In this document: positions 9,031 through 15,923 of the stretch, piece by piece | Layout of the letters: each line of letters begins with the position of its first letter | Numbering within the stretch: the first letter of the stretch is position 1 | Origin: a virus | Lineage: Duplodnaviria > Caudoviricetes | Strand: one strand, 5' to 3' | DNA length: 24,293 nucleotides | Virus record (IMG/VR): IMGVR_UViG_3300048838_000585 | Span: 1-24,293 of that record | The notes under the pieces: generated by a model | What the model saw: only the letters and a program-made list of their open reading frames with translations | Told to the model about the DNA's origin: nothing | Databases searched by the model: none | Translations under genes and position numbers: made by a program

Positions 9031-9356
9031 GGCAGCACCTTGCGGGCCAAGTCAATGGCAAAGGTCGGGCTGGTTTCCACCGTGCCATCCGGCCAGGTGT
9101 AGGTGATGTCAGACACCAGCCGCGCGGGCGACACGAGCGCAGTCTGCGCCGGGGTGGCGGTCAGTGCGGCCAGGGTGTTGTGGCCTTGGTCATCAGCCAC
9201 GAGTGCCACGGCGCAGTTCCAGGCCAAAGCTCCGGCTGCCGTGCGCACGGCGCTGGCAATGCCGATGTCATCCAACACCTGCGGCACGCCGTCCACGTCG
9301 AGCGAGACGATCACCTCGTAGCTGTCGCCGGGCTTGATCGCGATGATCGGTGTCAT
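9027..9356 (-). CDS. Hypothetical beta-sandwich protein (BppU N-terminal-like fibre adaptor)
   Basis: IKPGDS...LTATPAQTA...SDITYTWPDGTVETSPTF pattern; directly upstream of the fibre gene. Confidence 0.6.
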   Translation of the reverse strand: MTPIIAIKPGDSYEVIVSLDVDGVPQVLDDIGIASAVRTAAGALAWNCAVALVADDQGHNTLAALTATPAQTALVSPARLVSDITYTWPDGTVETSPTFAIDLARKVLP

Positions 9357-9574
9357 GGCGTGCGCTCCACGTTGTCGGCCTCATCGCGGCCCAGCCACGG
9401 GAACAGCGGCACGAACAGGTCTTCGCGCGTGAGCGCGAACCACAGCAGGCGCACCTTGTTGATGCGGTTGCTGGTATCGGCTGGCGCACGCTGCGGGCGG
9501 GCGATATGCCAGGCGACCAGCAGGCCGAGTAGTGAGAATGGCAGGAGGATGAGGGCGAGTGCGGCAAGCATCAC
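9353..9574 (-). CDS. Small membrane protein (start 9574 GTG or 9571 ATG)
   Basis: N-terminal hydrophobic stretch; overlaps gp36 stop and next start. Confidence 0.7.
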   Translation of the reverse strand: MMLAALALILLPFSLLGLLVAWHIARPQRAPADTSNRINKVRLLWFALTREDLFVPLFPWLGRDEADNVERTP

Positions 9575-10086
9575 AAGCCCTCCAAGGTGGTGCGGGTAAA
9601 CGCACGCGGCTGGCTGGTGATGCGCACGGCGCCGCCATCGGGTGCGGCCGGGTCGAGGGCCAAGGGGTCGCCCGCGCCCAGGCTCAGCTTTCCCTCAGCG
9701 ATGAGGTCGAGGGCGCGGATGGCATCGCGGTAGTCGCGCTCGATGCGGCCGGTTTCTTCGGTGGTGCGGTCACGCTGGCGGTGGAGGTGGTAGCGGGTGA
9801 TGGCCCGTGCCCACACCACCAACACGGGAAACTGCACCGGGTCCATCGGCGGTGTGTAGCCACGCACCCGCAAGCGCGCATCCACTTCACCCGTGCCCTG
9901 GTCGCAGAACCTGCCAATGCTGGCCAGCACGTCCTGTGCTGCGGCCACGTCCGCTGGCAGCCATGCGCTGGTGTCGCCACCGGCGATGACGGCGGCCAGC
10001 AACGCGGGCTCGGTGCCGTAGAGCTCGGAAAGCTCGCGCAGGGCATCGTTGCCGTCGGCCAGATTGGCAGGGGTGACGTAGCTCAT
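9571..10086 (-). CDS. Head-tail adaptor, Mu gp36-like (DUF1320)
   Basis: MSYVT start; EVDARLRVRGYTPP; AITRYHLH; RDYRDAIRALDLIAEGKLSLG. Confidence 0.9.
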   Translation of the reverse strand: MSYVTPANLADGNDALRELSELYGTEPALLAAVIAGGDTSAWLPADVAAAQDVLASIGRFCDQGTGEVDARLRVRGYTPPMDPVQFPVLVVWARAITRYHLHRQRDRTTEETGRIERDYRDAIRALDLIAEGKLSLGAGDPLALDPAAPDGGAVRITSQPRAFTRTTLEGL

Positions 10087-10283
10087 GGCTTGTTTTTGGC
10101 CTTGGCCTTGGTGGGCTTGCCGTCGGCTTCCGGCGCGTCATCGGTGATGACCAGCGCCGGTTCGGCACGGATGGCCGCCCACTGCGCGGCATCGAGCGTG
10201 GCCGGGTCGATCTCCACGCCTTCGCGTGTGAAGTGGATTCCAGCGCGGCGGAAACCGCCTTCAAACTTGGTTTTCACAATCAT
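10083..10283 (-). CDS. Mu gp35/HI1506-like small protein
   Basis: GFRRAGIHF...AIRAEPALVI motif immediately after major capsid. Confidence 0.8.
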   Translation of the reverse strand: MIVKTKFEGGFRRAGIHFTREGVEIDPATLDAAQWAAIRAEPALVITDDAPEADGKPTKAKAKNKP

Positions 10284-10329
10284 GGTGCGTTCCTCGGAAG
10301 GGCCGGCGCCGCAGCGCCGGCCGGGTGCA

Positions 10330-11241
10330 TCAGGTCAACCATGGCGTGGCCACCAGCTCGGCACTGCCGGCCCACTCGTTGCCGCCGTTTTCGTCCTTCA
10401 CCAGCAGCTTGCGGCCTGCGCCTTCCAGTACGGGCGGCACCACCAAGGTGGTGGGCGTGATGCCCAGCGGGCGGCCACCATCGGCCTTGAAGGCCTGCAT
10501 CGCGGCACGTGCGGCGGCGTAGTTGGCAGCGGTCAGCGGCTGGTTGCTGGCATAGGCCAGTTGCCAGAAGCCATAACCCACGTTGCCGCGGCTATCCGCG
10601 CCAAAGCGGAACTGGTTGTTGGTGAACACCTGCTCATCATCCAGCTTGGTCATTGCCGTCAACACCGGCGCTTTGCGCTGCTGGTAGATGATCGGCTTCA
10701 AGGCGCGGCCGGTGTCCAGCAGATACCAAATCTTGCCGGTCGGGCGCGCGGTCAGGTCCACATCGTGGTTGGCGGTGCTGACGGCCGTGCCGGTGCCATC
10801 GGCATTGGGGTACACCGGGTGATCGCTGTCGAAGAAATACTGGCCGTCGTAGCACAGCGTGCTGCGGCCATCGGCAAGCGCCTTGAACACCATCTCATCG
10901 GGTTGGGCCTTGGCGGCGCGGCCCATCTCGGCAAACAGCGGGCTGTACACGCCCACGTTGTCATCCTCGATGTCGGTGCGCAGCACGCCCACGGTGGATT
11001 CCCAATTCTTGTTGGTGATGCTGTAGCCGCTGGCTGCAATGTCCTTGACCGTGCGCGTGCCTACCCATTCGCGGAAGGCGGGGAACTGGCCAAGCCAGGC
11101 ATAGGTGCTGGACTTGGTGGCGCTCGGCACCACGGTGGCGACCTTTTCGAACTGGGTTGGGGTGTCGGCCAGGGCCTGCTGGAATTCGCGGCGGTAGCCG
11201 ACGAACAGAGCCTGTACCAGGGCGGAAGAAAGAATGGCCAT
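10330..11241 (-). CDS. Major capsid protein, Mu gpT-like
   Basis: YAWLGQFPAFREWVG, CYDGQYFFDSDHPV, KPIIYQQRK, GYGFWQLAY motifs. Confidence 0.96.
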   Translation of the reverse strand: MAILSSALVQALFVGYRREFQQALADTPTQFEKVATVVPSATKSSTYAWLGQFPAFREWVGTRTVKDIAASGYSITNKNWESTVGVLRTDIEDDNVGVYSPLFAEMGRAAKAQPDEMVFKALADGRSTLCYDGQYFFDSDHPVYPNADGTGTAVSTANHDVDLTARPTGKIWYLLDTGRALKPIIYQQRKAPVLTAMTKLDDEQVFTNNQFRFGADSRGNVGYGFWQLAYASNQPLTAANYAAARAAMQAFKADGGRPLGITPTTLVVPPVLEGAGRKLLVKDENGGNEWAGSAELVATPWLT

Positions 11242-11261
11242 ATCAGTGTGTCCTCGTCAGG

Positions 11262-11792
11262 TCAGACCGCACGCGCGGCAGTGAAATCGGCTTGGCTGAT
11301 GCCCAGCAGACGGCAGGCTTCGGCCTCGGCCGCATTGAGCGCAGCAGGCTTGCCCGTATCGGGCTGGCGCGTGCCAAGGCCCGAGGCGCCGCCAATCTCC
11401 GGCGCGGCCGCGCAGAAGGCGCGGAAGCGTTCCAGCCCTGCCGCATCGGCGCAGCTGGCGCGATGGTAGGCCTCGGTGGCTGGGGTGATCTTGCCGGCGG
11501 TGAGTGCCTCGCCGATGGCGGTATCCACGGCGGCCTGATGCGTGGCCGCGTCGCGCGCCTGGATGGCGTTCTCGGCATTGGTGGCGCGGGCGACCAGGGC
11601 GTCGTAATCGGCGCGGGGCACGTAGCGGTCGAGTGAAGGCTGGGCCTTTTCGGCATTCAGCGCGCGGGCGCTGGCGTCATCGGCGGCGGCCTTGATGGCG
11701 TTGATGGCGGTGGCGACGGCATCATCGGCCGCGTCGGCCGCAAGGCCCAGCGCAGTCATGATCGCCGCAACGAGTGCTGCGGATCGGTTCAT
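11262..11792 (-). CDS. Scaffold protein Z from in-frame internal start
   Basis: GAGGAATCACCG-ATG at 11792 right after the protease domain (MNRSAALVAAIMTALGL), as in Mu I/Z. Confidence 0.7.
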   Translation of the reverse strand: MNRSAALVAAIMTALGLAADAADDAVATAINAIKAAADDASARALNAEKAQPSLDRYVPRADYDALVARATNAENAIQARDAATHQAAVDTAIGEALTAGKITPATEAYHRASCADAAGLERFRAFCAAAPEIGGASGLGTRQPDTGKPAALNAAEAEACRLLGISQADFTAARAV

Positions 11793-12260
11793 CGGTGATT
11801 CCTCACGGTGGTTGAGCGCCTGCAAATGCAGGTTGGGGGAATTGGTCAGCCCGGCGGATACCAGGCGCGACACGCGGCCGGTCGTCGGGTCGTAATCAAA
11901 GGCCGGCGACAGGTAGCGGTATTCACGGGCGGAAACTTCATTGCGGCCGCGCTCGGTCCACGTCACCGCGCCCCATAGCGACCCATCCTCGATGGATAGC
12001 GATTCGATCCAGCCGGCCGCGGGCGATTCCTCACCCTTGGGGGCTTTCAGCTCGTTGGCGTGGTTGCGGTCGATGGGCAAGGCCACGCGGCCGGCAGCGA
12101 ACGCGGCCAGCACCGCTGCGGCCGATTCGGCATCGAACGTCCAGGCGCGGCCATCGCGGCCGGTGATGCGCGGCCCGGCCGGGATCAACTGCACCCGCTC
12201 GGGCGCGCCGACGGCGGTGGCGGGCAGTTCAATGCAAAGGGCGAGCGTGGGTCGTGTCAT
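11262..12260 (-). CDS. Prohead protease I (with nested scaffold Z)
   Basis: GRDGRAW, PIDRNH, APAAGWI-like SPAAGWI, REYRYLSPAF, AGLTNSPNL; Ala-rich C-terminal half. Confidence 0.94.
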   Translation of the reverse strand: MTRPTLALCIELPATAVGAPERVQLIPAGPRITGRDGRAWTFDAESAAAVLAAFAAGRVALPIDRNHANELKAPKGEESPAAGWIESLSIEDGSLWGAVTWTERGRNEVSAREYRYLSPAFDYDPTTGRVSRLVSAGLTNSPNLHLQALNHREESPMNRSAALVAAIMTALGLAADAADDAVATAINAIKAAADDASARALNAEKAQPSLDRYVPRADYDALVARATNAENAIQARDAATHQAAVDTAIGEALTAGKITPATEAYHRASCADAAGLERFRAFCAAAPEIGGASGLGTRQPDTGKPAALNAAEAEACRLLGISQADFTAARAV

Positions 12261-12266
12261 GCCGCC

Positions 12267-12312
12267 AGCATCGGGCGCGGGCGGAATGCATCGGTGAGGA
12301 AGCCCTCCCCCG
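12267..12312 (-). promoter_or_regulatory. Putative Mor/C-activated late promoter for protease-capsid operon
   Basis: 20-bp motif 12293-12312 matches 20613-20632 at 19/20; -10-like GATGCT at the same spacing in both copies. Confidence 0.75.
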
Positions 12313-12450
12313 CGTTTCGGGGTGGATTTCGGGCAAAACAGGGCTCAGACGGTCACAGCCGCGTCGCGCTCAATTCAAACTCGTTCAAACCCCGTTTAAA
12401 ACCGCGCAGGAGCCGATCCAATGGACAGGGTGGCACGGTGACCGCACTCA
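12313..12450. other. Non-coding G-I interval, candidate strong gyrase site
   Basis: Same position as Mu SGS; TTCAAAC/TTCAAAC/TTTAAAAC at 12374, 12384 and 12395 (10-11 bp phasing). Confidence 0.5.
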
Positions 12451-12454
12451 GACG

Positions 12455-12489
12455 CCGCCTGAGCCGCCCAGCGCCGCTCAGGCGGTTTT
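12455..12489. terminator. Hairpin after gpG; terminator-like on + strand
   Basis: 10-bp stem CCGCCTGAGC/GCTCAGGCGG followed by TTTT on +. Confidence 0.5.
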
Positions 12490-12496
12490 GGGAAAA

Positions 12497-13024
12497 TCAG
12501 CCCTTGATGGCTTTTTCGAGGTGCCGAGTTGCCAGCTTGGTGATGATCCCCTGGTCGGCGACGGACAAGCCCAAGAACGGCCGCGCCGGGATATCTGCCC
12601 AGGGTGTCTTCCCGCCGGCGAAGCTGTGCTTGGCGGCGCCGAACTGCTGCACGCCGGCGTACACCATCGGGCTACCGATCTCCACATAGTCTGAGCTTGC
12701 GCGGTAGTTGATGGTGGTCGATAGCGCGCGGGTTTCGCCGATCAGTGGTTTCTTGCCGGCCAGCCGCGCCGCGCCGGATTTGGTCACGCGGCCTTTCTTG
12801 TCCAGCCCGCTCTTGTACTTGCCAGCCAAGTTCACATAGGTGGATTCCGCATTGGGCGCCCAGCGTGATCCATCGGGCGCGGTGCTGGTCTGGAATCGCT
12901 GCTTGGTGGTTTCGGTCAGTTGCTCGCCAAGCTCTTGCATCAAGGGGCGCATGTTCGTTGCCGCGTCGCGCAAGCGCACGAACAGGGCTTGGGTTTCGGT
13001 GTCGATCACTTCGATCTTGATCAC
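12497..13024 (-). CDS. Virion morphogenesis protein, Mu gpG-like (GTG start at 13024)
   Basis: RFQTSTAPDGSRWAP, YAGVQQFG, IPARPFLGLS; AAGGAG RBS before GTG. Confidence 0.93.
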   Translation of the reverse strand: MIKIEVIDTETQALFVRLRDAATNMRPLMQELGEQLTETTKQRFQTSTAPDGSRWAPNAESTYVNLAGKYKSGLDKKGRVTKSGAARLAGKKPLIGETRALSTTINYRASSDYVEIGSPMVYAGVQQFGAAKHSFAGGKTPWADIPARPFLGLSVADQGIITKLATRHLEKAIKG

Positions 13025-13027
13025 GGC

Positions 13028-13033
13028 TATACT
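13028..13033 (+). promoter_or_regulatory. -10 box (TATACT) for putative antisense small RNA
   Basis: 5/6 match to TATAAT in high-GC DNA, 8 nt before the first base of the stem; no clear -35. Confidence 0.5.
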
Positions 13034-13039
13034 CCTTGG

Positions 13040-13120
13040 CAGCAGCGTCGTGGCATGCCTGTCGTCCGGCTCATACCCGGGAACGTTTAGGACGTGGACC
13101 AAAGCGGGTCATGACGCTGC
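13040..13120 (+). ncRNA. Putative tRNA(fMet)-anticodon-mimic small RNA
   Basis: 11-bp closing stem 13042-13052/13110-13120; anticodon-like arm UCCGG-CUCAUAC-CCGGG at 13065-13081; small hairpin ACGU-UUAGG-ACGU at 13083-13095; G-U pairs form only on +. Confidence 0.6.
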
Positions 13121-14362
13121 GATCTTCTTGATCCAAAAAGACAGCAGCGCAAGCGACTTGCGCCCGCCGCGAATCTCCCACACCGACACAAACTCCTCAT
13201 CGCCGAAGCGGCGACGCATAAGTATGACCGGCTGCCCGGTGGACCAGCCGACACCAGCATCCTCGACCGCATCAGGATTGGACAGTATCTGTGGCAAGCG
13301 GGCGTAATCCGCTGCGGTGACGGCACGCTGGCCGCGCCTCGATTCCACTGCAGCATCCCCGTGCTTGCTGAGGACGTGACCCACTACGCTGCGATCCATC
13401 GCATAGTCGAATCCCGCCACGGCCCGCCCCGACAAGTGCTGCACCATCGCCGCCTGTTCGGAGGTCAGCAGCCCCAATGTTCGATACGGCGGCACGTCCA
13501 AGTTATCGCGCCCCTCAAGAATGCGCTGCGCATACAGCCGCGTGTCGGTCGCCACCGATGGCAGTGCGCGATAGGCCTGGGCCAGCGCATCGCGTTGTGC
13601 TTCCGGCACGCCCTGCATGTACGCCTTGGCCAAGGTGTAATCCCAGTGCTGGGTTTTGGCTGCCATCTGTGCCACGGCATCACTGACCGTGTCGCCGGGC
13701 GCATAGTCCCAGCCCTTGCCGATGCCGATGGGCGCGCCGGTCTTGGGGTCGATGGCTTGCCAGTCATCGGGCAGGGATTTGTTCGGATCGCCGCCCAGCG
13801 CCGTGGCATCCTCAGGATTGCGCAGGCCCACCACGCGGCAGCTGCAGCCCCAGCCATTGGGTGGGTAGTGCGCTTTCCAGAATGGATGGTCGGCGGGTAG
13901 CACCAACCCATCCCACGCAAGGTGTTGCATGCGCGGCTCCACGCTGTCGCCATGCTTGTACAGGTAGTGCGTAAAGCCACCATCGCGCAGTTGCGCCAAT
14001 CGCCCTGCGGCGTAGCTGGTGGCGATATTGGTGCGGTAGATGGTGCGTGTGCGCCAGTTGACCTCGCCGTTGTAGGCCCATCCATGCTTGGCCACGATGG
14101 CCTGAAAATCCTTGCGGAATGCCTCGATGCCCACGCCCTCGGTGACAGCACGATCCACGGCGGCGCCAAGGTCGGCAAGCAAGTCGGCCGATTGCGCACC
14201 GGCCACCATGAAGCCACGGTCGTGCGCTGCGCGCAGCATGTCGGTCCATGTGGCGGTCGGCACGAGGTTGCCCAGCTTGGCGCGAAAGAACGCCACCTGC
14301 TCGGCAAACGGGCGCTTGAGCACGCCCGCAATGGCAGGGTCGCGGTTGGCGGTATCAGCCAC
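13109..14362 (-). CDS. MuF (gp30) head morphogenesis protein with C-terminal PBECR3-like nuclease domain
   Basis: MuF motifs RTIYRTNIATSYAAGR, PRMQHLAWDG, HPFWKAHYPPNGWGCSCRV; tail HVLSKHGD..VESRRGQRAVTAADYARLPQILSNPD...SFWIKK. Confidence 0.88.
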   Translation of the reverse strand: MADTANRDPAIAGVLKRPFAEQVAFFRAKLGNLVPTATWTDMLRAAHDRGFMVAGAQSADLLADLGAAVDRAVTEGVGIEAFRKDFQAIVAKHGWAYNGEVNWRTRTIYRTNIATSYAAGRLAQLRDGGFTHYLYKHGDSVEPRMQHLAWDGLVLPADHPFWKAHYPPNGWGCSCRVVGLRNPEDATALGGDPNKSLPDDWQAIDPKTGAPIGIGKGWDYAPGDTVSDAVAQMAAKTQHWDYTLAKAYMQGVPEAQRDALAQAYRALPSVATDTRLYAQRILEGRDNLDVPPYRTLGLLTSEQAAMVQHLSGRAVAGFDYAMDRSVVGHVLSKHGDAAVESRRGQRAVTAADYARLPQILSNPDAVEDAGVGWSTGQPVILMRRRFGDEEFVSVWEIRGGRKSLALLSFWIKKIAAS

Positions 14363-15920
14363 GCGGCGACTCCTGCTCGATGTCGTAGCGGCCGGCCAAT
14401 TCGGCCGCAGCGCTGGCCATGGCCATCACCTCGGCCAGTTGCTCCAGTGGCAGGCCGGTATAGGCCTCATCCAGCGCCGTGCGCAGGCTGGCCATGTCTG
14501 GCGCTTCCTCCACCAATTGCTGTATGTGGGCAATGATCGTGTCCCACGCGGTGCCGGCCTGCGCATCCAAGGCGTTGGCCAGTGCCGTGATTGGGGTCGC
14601 GGACGGTTCCACGCTGTCGCCCTGCACATTCATCGCCCGATTGAACGCCATGGGCGCGGGGTTTGACGGGGCTTTGAGCAGGGCCGCACCGGGGTCGGGA
14701 TCGGGCAGGCCCAGCTTGTCGCGGATGATGGATTGCTCCACCTCCATGCCCAGCGGCACCAGTTTCTCCAGCGCATTCACCAACAGCTCGGTGTTTTCAG
14801 GTTTAGGCACCACCAGCTGCAGGCGCGGATAGTCACCGGGAGTGAAATTGAGGTCGCAGAACGGCTGCACCAACTGCGCTTGCAGGGTGTTGCTGAGCGC
14901 CCGCGCGTCGGCGGTCATGATGTCCAGGCGCACGATCTGGTGTACTTGGGCTTGGCTCAGGGATGCGCCGTCGTCGGCGGTCATGGTCTGGCCGAGCACG
15001 CCCTTGCTGATTTGCTTGTCCCAGAACTCCGACAGGGTTTTGAAGAACTCGCCTGCGCCGGTCGTTTGCGCGGCTTGCTCGAACTCGACGCGCATCGAGT
15101 CCGGCATCACCGCCGCCGCATCGCTGCCGAGGTTCGCAACCGCTGCCATCAGCTTGGCAATGTCATCCTTGGTGGCCTGCGGGCCGTACTTGCCCACCCG
15201 CATCGGCAAGCCGTAGATGTCGGCAAAGGCCATCCAGTCGCGCCATGTCCAGGCCTTGCACATGCAGGCCACGGCGGCCAAGCGCGCCAGCCCGCCACGG
15301 ATCGGCAGGCCCGATCGAATCTTGGGCGTATGCACGATGAACTTGTACGGCGGCAGCGGCAGGCCATTCACGGCATCGCCGGCGTCGATCAGGCGCAGCT
15401 CGGTGCCGGTGTCGCGGTCGTAGGTGAAAAACCGTGGATCGCGGGCGATGAACTGCGGCCGCCACAACGCGCCAGAGCGATCCCACACAATTTCCGCTAC
15501 CGCAAAACCTTTGCCGAGTGCGTCAACCAGGTGCGCCACCATCTCGCCGAACTGGGCGCTGTCCACGATCTCGCGCACCGCATCGGCGCGGCGCACGTCC
15601 TCGGGTTTGTCGCTGGCCGCATCCACGCGCACATCCAGCCCAACCAGTGCCAGCTTGCGGGTGCCGAGCACGCTGGCGTAGTGCAGGTCCTTTTCTTCCA
15701 TTTCCTCGGCAAGGGTCAGGTATTCGTAGGCATCGCCTGCGGCGGCCGCATCGAGAATCCCGCGCAGCCGCGCCGGGGTGATGTCGCCCAAGGCGCTGTG
15801 CCAGGCCTGCCGGATGCCGGCCAGGCTCGGCGCGGACAACTCATCACGCAGCACCGATTGCGTGGGCGGGGTGATGCGCTGCAAGGCGCGATGGATCGAA
15901 TGGCGCAAGCGGTCGAACAT
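14355..15920 (-). CDS. Portal protein, Mu gp29-like (DUF935)
   Basis: EMEEKDLHYASVLGTRK, YGLPMRVGKY, ISKGVLGQTMT. Confidence 0.95.
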   Translation of the reverse strand: MFDRLRHSIHRALQRITPPTQSVLRDELSAPSLAGIRQAWHSALGDITPARLRGILDAAAAGDAYEYLTLAEEMEEKDLHYASVLGTRKLALVGLDVRVDAASDKPEDVRRADAVREIVDSAQFGEMVAHLVDALGKGFAVAEIVWDRSGALWRPQFIARDPRFFTYDRDTGTELRLIDAGDAVNGLPLPPYKFIVHTPKIRSGLPIRGGLARLAAVACMCKAWTWRDWMAFADIYGLPMRVGKYGPQATKDDIAKLMAAVANLGSDAAAVMPDSMRVEFEQAAQTTGAGEFFKTLSEFWDKQISKGVLGQTMTADDGASLSQAQVHQIVRLDIMTADARALSNTLQAQLVQPFCDLNFTPGDYPRLQLVVPKPENTELLVNALEKLVPLGMEVEQSIIRDKLGLPDPDPGAALLKAPSNPAPMAFNRAMNVQGDSVEPSATPITALANALDAQAGTAWDTIIAHIQQLVEEAPDMASLRTALDEAYTGLPLEQLAEVMAMASAAAELAGRYDIEQESPRG

Positions 15921-15923
15921 GGG

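Noticed and set aside
9559-11469. Long + strand ORFs (also 5660..6973, 14733..16577 and others)
   Set aside because: Antisense shadows of high-GC minus-strand genes, with no recognisable motifs
12261-12496. Anti-CRISPR/aca locus at the D3112-type position
   Set aside because: Only 236 bp, with no credible ORF or HTH gene
13025-13102. N-terminal extension of gpG given in the ORF track
   Set aside because: AAGGAG plus GTG at 13024 gives a typical gpG start; the extension overlaps the structured element
13040-13120. Bona fide tRNA-Met gene or attachment-site remnant
   Set aside because: No D arm, no GUUCRA T loop, no CCA and an over-long closing stem; only the anticodon arm is tRNA-like, and Mu-like phages do not integrate through tRNA att sites
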